Shown here: piece by piece, positions 12,181 to 26,085 of the stretch
Position numbering within the stretch: position 1 is the first letter of the stretch
How the letters are laid out: each line of letters opens with the position of its first letter
DNA from: Leucoraja ocellata
Taxonomy: Eukaryota
Length of the DNA stretch: 64,000 bases
Assembly (NCBI GenBank): GCA_036785375.1
Contig: JAWMAR010000471.1
Span: 248,001 to 312,000, forward strand
Direction: 5' to 3'
Notes under the pieces: generated by a model
The model's database searches: none
Seen by the model: the letters and a program-made list of their open reading frames with translations, nothing else
Told to the model about the DNA's origin: nothing
Translations under genes and position numbers: made by a program

Positions 12181-13038
12181 ATGCTGGCCTTGACAATGTA
12201 TTGGCTTCTTACAGCTGCAGCTCTCTTAACCGGTAAGCTCACCCCGTTTCCAATAATGTAGGGCATGATATTTATTCAACCAAATACCCTGAATGCAACA
12301 CAACGACTTTAGAAAGGGCGTCCGTATGACGACAATAAACGCAGAGCACATTAGGAAAAAAGATGCCGTTTCACAGTAATTGATGTTCGGAAATTCGGGG
12401 TGAGTTTCCAGGTTAATTGTTGGAAAGCAGCCGCGATGGTGAGGCATCGTAGAGTTAGAACACACCGGTGATCCCCGTACGAGTGATCTACGATTTCCCC
12501 CTTCCTCCCCGGAACCAATGACGACGTCCAGTCCGATGAAACGGGTTGGATTATCTTTAAAGATCAATTTATTTGGTAATTCTCAGCGCCTTTCTGCCCA
12601 TCTTTATTTAGCTTTTAAAGGAGGGGTATGTTTGATGTCATTGTACCTCATATCAGTATCAGGATGAGGGATATTCTGAAGTATGAGCTGGGTTGGGTGA
12701 TGTTGTGTTATTAATATCCGGACTCTTGCAGGGAATTGTCGAGGCGACGCCGATTCTCAGACACCGGCAGCGGTTACAGTGAGTGAAGGGAAGGATACAA
12801 CATTGAGCTGCAACTATACAGCTACAATCACGACCTCTGCTGGACTAATCTGGTACCGTCAGTATCCCGGCGGATCCCTTGAGTTTCTGCTGCTGAGAAC
12901 GACATACAAAGGCGGCGAGAAGAACAATGCCGGGGAACGTTTCTCTGCGGAGCTCGACCATTCGACAGGAACGGTCCCGCTGACGGTGTCACAAACGCGG
13001 CTCCGAGCCTCGGCGATGTATTACTGCGCTCTGAGCCC
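12181..13038 (+). CDS. TRAV: TCR V family A unit 9 (intact; RASAMYYC)
   Basis: Leader at 12181, V exon 12732-13038. RSS CACGGAG 13039, ACAAAAACT 13069-13077. Confidence 0.86.
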
Positions 13039-13852
13039 CACGGAGACGCAGAATTGGGCTGAGCCTGTACAAAAACTACCCTTGCACCCACTGACGTATC
13101 ACCCCGTAAGCAAAACTTTCTCAGCATCGGCGCGTCCTCGTAGATTGCTGCACCCGTCCCAACGCCAGTGTGTTTGCTGTCATTAATACTCGAATTTTAT
13201 ATATTAAAAAAACCCATGACAGTTGGCTTGAAGAATAGCTTCTAACAAACAAATATTAGGTTTTTGAGCCCTACACCGCACTAAAAGATGAACTACGAAA
13301 TGTATTCGGTTGCATTAAGCACTTCATTCATCTTATACACATGGACTTGGTTGTTAATTTATTGAATTTTGTTCATTACAAGGACTTTGGGACTTTTGCC
13401 TTCCATCCCCGTGAGGAGGTGCCTGTTGGACTCACTGTGGTGGATGTTAAAACTGTGTTGAGTGTGTGTTTTGTTATTTTATTTCAATGTTATGACAGCT
13501 CGGTTAAACCATTTCTTTGTACTGTAAATGTGCAATGACAATAAAGTTGAATCTAATCTATTCTAATCTAATCATATATTGTACTTCCGTTCTTGCCCCT
13601 CATGTGACGCCCTGCAACAGAACAGAAGGACGTTTGAAATGATTGGGCAACAAAAGCTGTGATGTGATTGGCAGAATTAAGAAACTTCGGGAACATGGAG
13701 AACAAATTAGCTCCGCGCTGACGGGTTGTGACGCTGTCAAGAATAAGCCAATGAATGAAGAACCCAGACCACTGCTCTTTTACAATATCAGATTAAACCT
13801 GTTTCCGGGTGAGACCATTTCAGTTCATATTCACTCTCAATGCAATTTCAAC

Positions 13853-14300
13853 ATGCTGGCCTTGACAATGTATTTGCTTCTTACAGCTGTAGCTCTCTTA
13901 ACCGGTAAGTTCACCACGTTTCCAATAATGTAGGGCACGGTATTTAATCAACGAAGTACCTTGAATGCAACACAATGAATTTAGAAAGGGAGCCCGTATG
14001 TGGACAGTAAACGTAGAGCACATTAGGAAAAAAGATGCAGTTTCACAGTAATTGATGTTCGGAAATTTGAGGTGAGTTTCCAGGTTAATTGTTGGAAAGC
14101 AGCCGCGATTGTGAAGCATCGTAGAATTAGAGCACACCGGTGGTTCACGCACGAGTGATCTACGATTCCCTTTTCCCTCCCCGGAAGCAATAACGACGTC
14201 CAGTCCGATGGAACGAGTTGGATTATCTTTAAAGATCAATTTATTCGGTAATTCCCAGCGCCTCTCCGCCCATCTTTATTTAGCTTTTGGGGGAGAGGGA
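13853..14300 (+). pseudogene. TRAV: Family A unit 10: orphan leader and intron, V exon deleted
   Basis: Leader 13853-13904. The intron stops at about 14300 and joins 3' flank sequence. No V exon or RSS. Confidence 0.85.
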
Positions 14301-14664
14301 CCCATTAAGACTCTATTTTTTAATTAAAAAACCCATGACAATTGGGTTGAAGAATAATTTAACGAATTGTGTTTATTGTACATTGTACTTCAGGCCTTGC
14401 CCCTCCTGTGACGTAATTGGACAAAAAACAAAGGAGGTTTGAGATGATTGGGCAGCAAAAGCAGTGATGTGATTGGCGGAATTGTAAACTGAGTTAATTC
14501 GGGGAGTTGGAGAACAAATTAACTCTGCGTTGAGGGGATGTGACGCTGTCAAGAATAAGCCAACGAATGAAGAGCCAAGACCACAGCACTTTCACAATTT
14601 CAGATTAAACCTGTTTCCGGGTGAGACCATTTCAGTTCATATTCACTCTCAATGCAATTACAAC

Positions 14665-15520
14665 ATGCTGGCCTTGACAATGTATTGGCTTCTTACAGCT
14701 GCAGCTCTCTTAACCGGTAAGTTCTCCACGTTTCCAATAATGTAGTGCGTGATATTTAATCAACCAAATACCTTGAATGCAACACAACGACTTTAGAAAG
14801 GCAGTCCGTATGAGCCCAGTAAACGTAGAGCACATTAGGAAAAAAGATGCAGTTTCACAGTAATTGATGTTCGGACATTTGAGGTGAGTTTCCAGGTTAA
14901 TTGTTGGAAAGCAGCTGCGACGGAGAAGCATCGTAGAGTTAGAACACACCGGTGGTTCACGTACGAGTGATGTACGATTTCCCCCTTCCACCCAGGAAGC
15001 AATAACGACGTCCAGTCCGATGTAACGGGTTGTATTATCTTAAAGATAAATTTATTCGGTAATTCCCAGCGTCTTTACGCCCATCTTTATTTAGCTTTTT
15101 GGGGAGGGGTATGTTTGATGGCATGTACCTCATATCAGTATCAGGATGAGGGGTATTCTGAAGTATGAGCTGAGTTGGGTGATGTTGTGTTATTTATCCC
15201 CGGACTCTTGCAGGTAATTGTCGAGGCGACGCCGTTTCTCAGACACCGGCAGCGGTTACAGTGAGTGAAGGGGATGACGCACAGTTGAGCTGCAACTATA
15301 CAGCTACAAGCAGGTCCACTCCTGAACTAATCTGGTATCGTCAGTATCCCGGCGGATCCCTTGAGTTTCTGCTGCTCAGAACGAGATACGATGCTGGCCA
15401 TAAGAACAATGCCGGGGACCGTTTTACTGCGGAGTTCAACCATTCGACGGGAATGGTCCCGCTGACGGTGTCACAAACGCGGCTCCGAGACTCGGCGACG
15501 TATTACTGCGCTCTGAACCC
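14665..15520 (+). CDS. TRAV: TCR V family A unit 11 (intact)
   Basis: V exon 15214-15520 with CDR2 TRYDAGHK. RSS CACGGTG 15521, ACAAAAACT 15551-15559. Confidence 0.9.
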
Positions 15521-16313
15521 CACGGTGGCGCACAATTGGGCTGAGCCTGTACAAAAACTATCAGAGATCCCCGTCAGTTTGCCGCGCGTTTGTCAGCATC
15601 ATCGCGCCCTTGTTGATTGCTGCAGCCGTCCCAAAGCCAGTGTATTTGCTGTCATTAATACATGAGTTTGGAATGTTAAAAAACCCATGATAATTGGGTT
15701 GATGAATAGCTTCTAACAGACAAATATTAGGTTCTTGAACCCTACACAGCACTAAAAGATGAACCATCAAATGTCTTCGGTTGCATTAAGCACTGCATGC
15801 ATCTTATGCACATGGACTTGGTTGTTAATTTGTTGAATTTTGTTTATTACAAAGACTTTGGGACCTTTGCCTTCCATCACAGTGGGGAGGTGCCTGGTGG
15901 ACTCACTGTGGTGGATGTTAAAACTGTGTTGAGTGTGTGTTTTGTTATTTAATTCTATGTTATGACAGCTCGGTTAAACCATTTCTCTGTACTGTAAATG
16001 TGCAATGACAATAAAGTCGAATCTAATCTAATTATATATTGTACTTCCGGTCTTGCCCCCCCTGTGACTCCCTGGAACAGAAATGAAAGGACGTTTGAAA
16101 TGATTGCGCAACAAAAGCTGTGATGTGATTGGCAGAATTAAGAAACTTCGGGGAGCTGGAGAACAAATTAGCTCCGCGCCGACGGGATGTGACGCTGTCA
16201 AGAATAAGCCAATGAATGAAGAGCCTAGACCACACCACTTTCACAATATCAGATTAAACCTGTTTCCGGGTGAGACCATTTCAGTTCATATTCACTCTCA
16301 ATGCAATTACAAC

Positions 16314-17167
16314 ATGCTGGCCTTGACAATGTATTGGCTTCTGACAGCTGCAGCTCTCTTAACCGGTAAGTTCACCACGTTTCCAATAATGTAGGGCATG
16401 ATATTTAATCAACCAAGTGCCTTGAATGCAACACAACGACTTTAGAAAGGGAGTCCGTATGAGGCCAGTAAACGCAGAGCACATTGGGGAAAAAAGATGC
16501 AATTTCACATATTGATGTTCGGAAATTTAAGGTGAGTTTACGGGTTAATTGTGGGGAAGCAGCGCCGACGGAGAAGCATCGTAGAGTTAGAACTCTACGG
16601 TTCACGCACGAGTGATCTACGATTCCCTTTTCCCACTCCGGAAGCAATAACGACGTCCAGTCCGATGGAACCGGTTGGATTATCTTTAAAGATAAATTCA
16701 TTCGGTAATTCCCAGCGCCTTTCCACCCATCTTTATTTAGCTTTTGGGGGAGGGGTATGTTTGATGTCATTGTACCTCATGTCAGTATCAGCATGAGGGT
16801 TATTCTGAAGTATGAGCTGAATTAGGTGAAGTTGTGTTATTTACCACCGGTCTCTTGCAGGGAATTGTCGAAGCGACGCCGTTTCCCAGACACCGGCAGC
16901 GGTTACAGTGAGTGAAGGGGATGATACAAAATTGAGCTGCACCTATACAGCTCCAAGCGCGACCTCTGCTGGACTAATCTGGTACCGTCAGTATCCCGGC
17001 GGATCCCTTGAGTTTCTGCTGCTCAGAACGAAATACAAAGGCGGCGAGAAGAACAATGCCGGGGACCGTTTTTCTGCTGAGCTCAACCATTCGAAAGGAA
17101 CGGTCCCGCTGACGGTGTCACAAACGCGGCTCCGAGACTCGGCGACGTATTACTGCGCTCTGAACCC
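16314..17167 (+). CDS. TRAV: TCR V family A unit 12 (intact)
   Basis: V exon 16861-17167. RSS CACGGTG 17168, ACAAAAACT 17198-17206. Confidence 0.9.
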
Positions 17168-17975
17168 CACGGTGGCTCAGAATTGGGCTGAGCCTGTACA
17201 AAAACTATCAGAGATCCCCGTCAGTTTGCAGCGCGTTTGTCAGCATCGGCGCACCCTCGCTGAATGCTGCACCCGTCCCAACGCCAGTGTGTTTGCTGTC
17301 ATTAATACACGATTTTCAAATATGAAAAAACCCCCATTATAATTGGGTTGAAGAATAGCTTCTAACAACAAATATTAGGTGTTTGAGCCCTACACAGCAC
17401 TAAAAGATGAATTATGGAATGTATTCGTTTGCATTAAGCACTTCATGCATCTTCTGCACATGGACCTGGTTGTTCATTTATTGAATTTTGTTTATTACAA
17501 GGAGTTTGGGACTTTTGCCTTCCATCACAGTGAGTAGGTGCCTGGTGGACACTGTGGTGGATGTTAAAACTGTGTTGAGTGTGTGTTTTGTTATTTTATT
17601 CTATGTTATGACAGCTCGGTTAAACCATTTCGTTGTACTGTAAATGTGCAATGACAATAAAGTTGAATCTAAACTAATCTAATCTAATTATATATTGTAC
17701 TTCCGGCCTTGCCCCTCCTGTGACGTCATGGAACAGAAAACAAAGGAGGTTTGAGATGATTGGGCAACAAAAGCTGTGATGTTATTGGCGAAATTAAGAA
17801 ACAGTTAATTCGGGAAGTTGGAGAACAAATTAGCTCCGCGCCGACGGGATGTGACGCTTTCAAGAATAAGCCAATGAATGAAGAACATCGACCACACCCC
17901 TTTCACAATATCAGATTAAACCTGTTTCCGGGTGAGACCATTTCAGTTCATATTCACTTTCAATGCAATTACATC

Positions 17976-18828
17976 ATGCTGGCCTTGACAGTGTATTGGC
18001 TTCTTACAGCTGCAGCTCTCTTAACCGGTAAGCTCGCCACGTTTCCAATAATGTAGGGCACGATATTTAATCAACCAAATACCTTGAATGCAACACAACT
18101 ACTTTAGAAAGGGAGTCCGTATGACGACAGTAAACGCAGAGCACATTAGGAAAAAAGATGCAGTTTCACAGTAATTCATGTTCGGAAATTTGAGGTGAGT
18201 TTCCAGGTTAATTGTTGGAAAGCAGCCCCGACGGAGCAGCATCGTAGAGTTAGAACACACCGGTGGTTCGCGCACGGGTGATCTACGATTCCCTTTTTGC
18301 ACCCCGGAAGCAATAACGACGTCCAGTGCGATGGAACCGGTTGGGTTATCTTTAAATATCAATTTATTCGGTAGTTCCCAGCGCCTTTCCGCCCATGTTT
18401 ATTTAGCTTTTGGGGGAGGGGTATGTTTGATGTCATTGTTCCTCATATCAGTATCAGGATGAGGGGTATTCTGAAGTATGAGCTGAATTAGATGATGTTA
18501 TTTATCCCTGGACTCTTGCAGGGAATTGTCGAGGCGACGCCGTTTCACAGACACCGGCAGCGGTTACAGTGAGTGAAGGGGATGATACAAAATTGAGCTG
18601 CAACTATACAGTTACAAGCACGGGCAGCTCTGGACTAATCTGGTACCGTCAGTATCCCGGCGGATCCCTTGAGTTTCTGCTGCTCAGAACGACATACAAA
18701 GGCGGCGAGAAGAACAATGCCGGGGACCGTTTTTCTGCTGAGCTCAACCATTCGACAGGAACGGTCCCGCTGACGGTGTCACAAACACGGCTCCGAGACT
18801 CGGCGATGTATCACTGCGCTCTGAACCC
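17976..18828 (+). CDS. TRAV: TCR V family A unit 13 (open; YHC variant)
   Basis: V exon 18522-18828. RSS CACGGTG 18829, ACAAAAACT 18859-18867. Confidence 0.85.
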
Positions 18829-19039
18829 CACGGTGGCGCAGAATTGGGCTGAGTCTGTACAAAAACTATCAGAGATCCCCGTCAGTTTTCAGCGCGTTTG
18901 TCAGCATCGGCGCGCCCTCGTTGATTGCCCCAACGCCAATGTGTTTGCTGTCATTAATAGAAGATTTACTCTATGCACTGTCTCTGGTTGCATTTACCGG
19001 TTCATACTCTTATGCACATGGGCTAGATTGTTAATTTAT

Positions 19040-20080
19040 AACCTGATAACCATATAACAATTACAGCATGGAAACCGGCCATCACAGTCCTTCTAGTCCG
19101 AGCCGAACACTTATTCTCACCACGTCTCATCTGCCAGCACTCAGACCATAACACTCCATTCCTTTCCCGTCCATATACCCATCCAATTAATTTTTAAATG
19201 ATAAAATCAAACCTGCCTCCACCACTTTCACTGGAAGCTCATTCCACACAGCCACCACTCTCTGAGTAAAGAAGTTCCCCCTCATGTTACCCCTAAACTT
19301 CTGCCCCTTAATTTTCAAATCATGTCCTCGTGTTTGAATATTCCTTACTCTCAATGGAAAAAGCTTGTCCACGTCAACTCTGTCTATCCCTCTCACCATT
19401 TAAAGACCAATATCAAGTACCCCCTTAACCTTCTGCGCTCCAAAGAATTATAGACCTAACTTAGGAACATGGAAACATAGAAAATAGGTGCAGGATGATG
19501 CCATTCGGCCCTTCGAGCCTGCACCGCCATTCAATATGATCATGGCTGATCATCCAACTCAGTATCCTGTACCTGCCTTCTCTCCATACCCCTTGATGCC
19601 TTTACCCACAAGGGCCACATGTAACTCCCTCTTAAACATAGCCAATGAACTGGCCTCAACTACCTTCTGTGGCAGAGAATTCCAGAGATTCACCACTCTC
19701 TGTGTGAAAAATGTTTTTCTCATCCCGGCCCTAACATATTTCCTTCTTATCCTTGAACTGTGACCCCTTGTTCTGGACTTCCCCAACATCGGAAACAATC
19801 TTCCTGCATCTAGCTTGTCCAACCCTTAGGATGTTGTAAGTTTCTATAAGATCCCCCCTCAATCTTCTACATTCTAGCGAGTACAAGCCGAGTCTATCCA
19901 GTCCTTTTTCATATTATAATCGTGACATCCCATGAATCAGTCTGGTGAACCTTCTCTGTACTCCCTCTATGGCAAGAATGTCTTTCCTCAGATTAGCAGA
20001 TCAAAACTGTACTGAAGTGTGGTCACACCAAGACCATGGACAACTGCAGTAGTACCTCTCTGCCCCTATACTCAAATCCC
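19040..20080 (-). mobile_element. Composite of two 5'-truncated CR1-type LINE fragments
   Basis: Minus-strand translations TRGHDLKIKG..FFTQRVVAVWNELP and TRGHSSR..FFTQRVVNLWNSLP (CR1 ORF2 C-terminus). The second fragment has a (TTCTATGT)-like tail. Confidence 0.88.
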
Positions 20081-20469
20081 GTCCCAACGCCAGTGTGTTT
20101 GCTGTCATTAAGACTCGATTTTTTAATTAAAAAAAACCCATGACAATTGGGTTGAGGAATAGTTTATTGAATTTTGTTTATTGTACATTGTACTTCAGGC
20201 CTTGCCCCTCCTGTGACGTAATGGAACAGAAAACAAATGAGGTTTGAGATGATTGGGCAACAAAAGCAGTGATGTCATTGGCGGAATTGTAAACTGAGTG
20301 AATTCGGGGTGTTGGAGAACAAATTAGCTCCGCGCCGACGGGATGTGACGCTGTCAAGAATAAGCCAATGAATGAAGAACATCGACCACACCCCTTTCAC
20401 AATATCAGATTAAACCTGTTTCCGGGTGAGACCATTTCAGCTCATATTCACTTTCAATGTAATTACAAC

Positions 20470-21486
20470 ATGCTGGCCTTGACAATGTATTGGCTTCTTA
20501 CAGCTGCAGCTCTCTCACCACGTTTCCAATTATGTAGGGCAACATATTTAATCAACCAAATACCTTGAAGGCAACACAACTACTTTAGAAAGGGAGTTAG
20601 AAAGATGAATCATTTAGGCATTTCCCAGCGCCTTTCCGCCCATCTTTATTGGCTTCTTACAGCTGCAGCTCTCTTAACCGGTAAGTTCACCACGTTTCCA
20701 ATACTGTAGGCCACGATATTTAATTAATCGAATACCTTGAATGCAACACAAGGACTTTAGAAAGGGAGTCCGTATGAGGACAGTAAACGGAGAGCACATT
20801 ATGAAAAAAGACTCAGTTTCACCGTAATTGATGTTCGGAAATTTGAGGTGAGTTTCCAGGTTTATCGCTGGAAAGCAGCGCCGACGGAGAAGCATCGTAG
20901 AGTTAGAACGCACCGGCGGTTCACGCCCGAGTGATCTACGATTGCCTTTTCCCTCCCCGGAAGCAATAACGACGTCCAGTCCCATGGAACGGGTTGTATT
21001 ATCTTTAAAGATGAATCTATTAGGCAATTCCCAGCGCCTTTCCGCCCATCTTTATTTAGCTTTTAGGGGAGGGGTATGTTCGATGTCATTGTACCTCATA
21101 CCGGTATCAGGATGAGGGGTATTCTGAAGTATGCGCTGAATTAGGTGATGTTGTGTTATTTATCCCCGGACTCTTGCCGGGAATTGTCGAGGCGACGCCG
21201 TTTCTCAGACACCGGCAGCGGTTACAGTGAGTGAAGGGGAGGATACAAAATTGAGCTGCAACTATACAGCTACAAGCACGACCTCTGCTGGACTAATCTG
21301 GTACCGTCAGTATCCCGGCGGATCCCTTGAGTTTCTTCTGCTCAGAACAACATAGAAAGGCGGCGAGAAGAACAATGTCGGGGACCGTTTTTCTGCTGAG
21401 CTCAACCATTCGACAGGAACGGTCCCGCTGACGGTGTCACAAACGCGGCTCCGAGACTCGGCGATGTATTACTGCGCTCTGAACCC
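20470..21486 (+). pseudogene. TRAV: Family A unit 14: scrambled leaders, dead acceptor, in-frame stop
   Basis: The first leader (20470) lacks its donor and the second (about 20647-20680) lacks ATG. Acceptor AG>CG at 21178-9. TAG at 21353-5. Nonamer GCAAATACA. Confidence 0.92.
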
Positions 21487-22292
21487 CACGGTGGCGCAGA
21501 ATTGGGCTGAGCATGTGCAAATACAATCAGAGATCCCCGTCAGTTTGCAGCGCGTTTGTCAGCATCGGCACGCCCTCGTTGAATGCTGCACCCGTCCCAA
21601 AGCCAGTGTGTTTGCTGTCATTAATACACGATTTTTAAATATTAAAACCCCCTATGATAATTGGGTTGAAGAATAGCTTCTAACAAACAAATATTAGGTT
21701 ATTGAACCCTGCACCGCCCTAAAAGATGAACTATGAAATGTCTTCGGTTACATTAAGCACTTCATGCATCTTATGCACATGGACCTGGTTGTTAATTTAT
21801 TGAATTTTGTTCATTACAAGGATTTTGTGATTTTTGCCTTCCTTCACCGTGAGGAGGTGCCTGTTGGACTCACTGTGGTGGATGTTAAAACTGTATTGAG
21901 TGTGTGTTTTTATTCTATGTTATGACTGTTCGGTTAAACCATTTCGTTGTACTGTAAATGTGCAATGACAATAAAGTTGAATCTAATCTAATCTAATCTA
22001 ATTATATATTGTATTTCCGGCCTTGCCCCTCCTGTGACGTAATTGGTCCAGAAAACAAAGGAGGTGTGAGATGATTGGGCAACAAAAGCAGTGATGTGAT
22101 TGGCGGAATTAAGAAACTGAGTGAATTCGGGGAGTTGGAGAACAAATTAGCTCCGCGCCGACGGGATGTGACGCTGTCAAGAATAATACAATGAATGAAG
22201 AACCTAGACCACTCCCCTTTCACAATATCAGATTAAACCTGTTTCCGGGTGAGACCATTTCAGTTCATATTCACTCTCAATGCAATTACAAC

Positions 22293-23150
22293 ATGCTGGC
22301 CTTGGCAATGTATTGGGTTCTTACAGCTGTAGCTCTCTTAACCGGTAAGTTCACCACGTTTCCAATACTGTAGGCCACGATATTTAATTAATCGAATACC
22401 TTGAATGCAACACAAGGACTTTAGAAAGGGAGTCCGTATGAGGACAGTAAACGGAGAGCACATTATGAAAAAAGACTCAGTTTCACCGTAATTGATGTTC
22501 GGAAATTTGAGGTGAGTTTCCAGGTTTATCGCTGGAAAGCAGCGCCGACGGAGAAGCATCGTAGAGTTAGAACGCACCGGCGGTTCACGCCCGAGTGATC
22601 TACGATTGCCTTTTCCCTCCCCGGAAGCAATAACGACGTCCAGTCCCATGGAACGGGTTGTATTATCTTTAAAGATGAATCTATTAGGCAATTCCCAGCG
22701 CCTTTCCGCCCATCTTTATTTAGCTTTTAGGGGAGGGGTATGTTCGATGTCATTGTACCTCATACCGGTATCAGGATGAGGGGTATTCTGAAGTATGCGC
22801 TGAATTAGGTGATGTTGTGTTATTTATCCCCGGACTCTTGCCGGGAATTGTCGAGGCGACGCCGTTTCTCAGACACCGGCAGCGGTTACAGTGAGTGAAG
22901 GGGAGGATACAAAATTGAGCTGCAACTATACAGCTACAAGCACGACCTCTGCTGGACTAATCTGGTACCGTCAGTATCCCGGCGGATCCCTTGAGTTTCT
23001 TCTGCTCAGAACAACATAGAAAGGCGGCGAGAAGAACAATGTCGGGGACCGTTTTTCTGCTGAGCTCAACCATTCGACAGGAACGGTCCCGCTGACGGTG
23101 TCACAAACGCGGCTCCGAGACTCGGCGATGTATTACTGCGCTCTGAACCC
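22293..23150 (+). pseudogene. TRAV: Family A unit 15: duplicate of the unit 14 V exon (dead acceptor, stop)
   Basis: V exon 22844-23150 carries the same CG acceptor, TAG and degenerate nonamer at an offset of 1664 bp. Confidence 0.92.
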
Positions 23151-23956
23151 CACGGTGGCGCAGAATTGGGCTGAGCATGTGCAAATACAATCAGAGATCC
23201 CCGTCAGTTTGCAGCGCGTTTGTCAGCATCGGCACGCCCTCGTTGAATGCTGCACCCGTCCCAAAGCCAGTGTGTTTGCTGTCATTAATACACGATTTTT
23301 AAATATTAAAACCCCCTATGATAATTGGGTTGAAGAATAGCTTCTAACAAACAAATATTAGGTTATTGAACCCTGCACCGCCCTAAAAGATGAACTATGA
23401 AATGTCTTCGGTTACATTAAGCACTTCATGCATCTTATGCACATGGACCTGGTTGTTAATTTATTGAATTTTGTTCATTACAAGGATTTTGTGATTTTTG
23501 CCTTCCTTCACCGTGAGGAGGTGCCTGTTGGACTCACTGTGGTGGATGTTAAAACTGTATTGAGTGTGTGTTTTTATTCTATGTTATGACTGTTCGGTTA
23601 AACCATTTCGTTGTACTGTAAATGTGCAATGACAATAAAGTTGAATCTAATCTAATCTAATCTAATTATATATTGTATTTCCGGCCTTGCCCCTCCTGTG
23701 ACGTAATTGGTCCAGAAAACAAAGGAGGTGTGAGATGATTGGGCAACAAAAGCAGTGATGTGATTGGCGGAATTAAGAAACTGAGTGAATTCGGGGAGTT
23801 GGAGAACAAATTAGCTCCGCGCCGACGGGATGTGACGCTGTCAAGAATAATACAATGAATGAAGAACCTAGACCACTCCCCTTTCACAATATCAGATTAA
23901 ACCTGTTTCCGGGTGAGACCATTTCAGTTCATATTCACTCTCAATGCAATTACAAC

Positions 23957-24814
23957 ATGCTGGCCTTGGCAATGTATTGGGTTCTTACAGCTGTAGCTCT
24001 CTTAACCGGTAAGTTCACCACGTTTCCAATAATGTAGGGCACGATATTTAATCAACGAAGTACCTTGACTGCATCACAACGACTTTAGAAAGGGTGTTCG
24101 TATGTGGGCAGTAAACGCAGAGCACATTAGGAAAAATGATGCAGTTTCACAGTAATTGATGTTCGGAAATTTGAGGTGAGTTTCCAGGTTAATTGTTGGA
24201 AAGCAGCCCCGACCGAGAATCATCGTAGAGTTAGAATACACCGGTGGTTCACGCACGAGTGATCTACGATTCACCTTTTCCACCCCGGAAGCAATAACGA
24301 CGTCCAGTCCGATGGAACGGGTTGTATTATCCTTAAAGATCAATTTATTCGGTAATTCTCAGCGCCTTTCCGCCCATCTTTATTTAGCTTTTTGGGGAGG
24401 GGTATGTTTGATGTCATTGTACCTCATATCAGTATCAGGATAAGGGGTATTCAGAAGTATGAGCTGAATTAGATGATGTTGTGTTATTTATCCCCGGACT
24501 CTTGCAGGGAATTGTCGAGGCGACGCCGTTTCTCAGACACCAGCAGCGGTTACCGTGAGTGAAGGGGAGAATGCAAAATTGAGCTGCAACTATACATCTA
24601 CAAGCACGACCCCTCCTGGACTAATCTGGTACCGTCAGTATCCCGGCGGATCCCTTGAGTTTCTGCTGCTCAGAACGAAATACAAAGGCGGCGAGAAGAA
24701 CAATGCCGGGGACCGTTTTGCTGCGGAGCTCAACCATTCGACAGGAACGGTCCCGCTGACGGTGTCACAAACGCGGCTCCGAGACTCGGCGACGTATTAC
24801 TGCGCTCTGAATCC
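23957..24814 (+). CDS. TRAV: TCR V family A unit 16 (intact)
   Basis: V exon 24508-24814. RSS CACGGTG 24815, ACAAAAACA 24845-24853. Confidence 0.9.
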
Positions 24815-25627
24815 CACGGTGGCGCAGAATTGGACTGAGCCTGTACAAAAACAATCAGAGATCCCCGTCAGTTTGCAGCGCGTTTGCCAGTATCGGCGCG
24901 TCCTTGTTGATTGCTGCACCCGTCCCAAAGCCAGTGTGTTTGCTGTCATTAATACACGATTTTTAAATATTAAAAATCCCCATGATAATTGGGTTGAAGA
25001 ATAGCTTCTAACAAACAAATATTAGGTTATTGAACCCTGCACCGCCCTAAAAGGTGAACTATGAAATGTCTTCGGTTACATTAAGCACTTCATGCATCTT
25101 ATGCACATGGACCTGGTTGTTAATTTATTGAATTTTGTTCATTACAAGGATTTTGTGATTTTTGCCTTCCTTCACAGTGAGGAGGTGCCTGTTGGGCTCA
25201 CTGTGGTGGATGTTAAAACTGTATTGAGTGTGTGTTTTATTATTTTATTCTATGTTATGACTGTTCGGTTAAACCATTTCGTTGTACTGTAAATGTGCAA
25301 TGACAATAAAGTTGAATCTAATCTAATCTAATCTAATTATATATTGTATTTCCGGCGTTGCCCCTCCTGTGACGTAATTGGACCAGAAAACAAAGGAGGT
25401 GTGAGATGATTGGGAAACAAAAGCAGTGATGTGATTGGCGGAATTAAGAAACTGAGTGAATTCGGGGAGTTGGAGAACAAATTAGCTCCGCGCCGACGGG
25501 ATGTGACGCTGTCAAGAATAATACAATGAATGAAGAACCTAGACCACTCCCCTTTCACAATATCAGATTAAACCTGTTGCCGGGTGAGACCATTTCAGTT
25601 CATATTCACTCTCAACGCAATTACAAC

Positions 25628-26047
25628 ATGCTGGCCTTGACAATGTATTGGCTTCTTACAGCTGCAGCTCTCTTAACCGGTAAGTTCACCACGTTTCCAA
25701 TAATGTAGGGCATGATATTTATTCAACCAAATATCTTGAATGCAACACAACGACTTTAGAACATGAGTCCGTATGACGACAGTAAACGCAGAGCACATTA
25801 GGAAAAAAGATGCAGTTTCACAGTAATTGATGTTCGGAAATTCGAGGTGAGTTTCCAGGTTAATTGTTGGAAAGCAGTCGCGATGGTGAAGCATCGTAGA
25901 GGTGGTCCCCGTACGAGTGATCTACGATTTCCCCCTTCCTCCCCGGAAGCAATAACGAAGTCCAGTCCGATGAAACGGGTTGTATTATCTTTAAAGATCA
26001 ATTTATTCGGTAATTTCCAGCGCCTTTCCGCCCATCTTTATTTAGCT

Positions 26048-26085
<38 letters not shown>

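Noticed and set aside
3585-14340. Germline RAG-mediated joining as the cause of the broken units
   Set aside because: Breakpoints are not at heptamer borders, and no J (FGxG) sequence or signal joints are seen.
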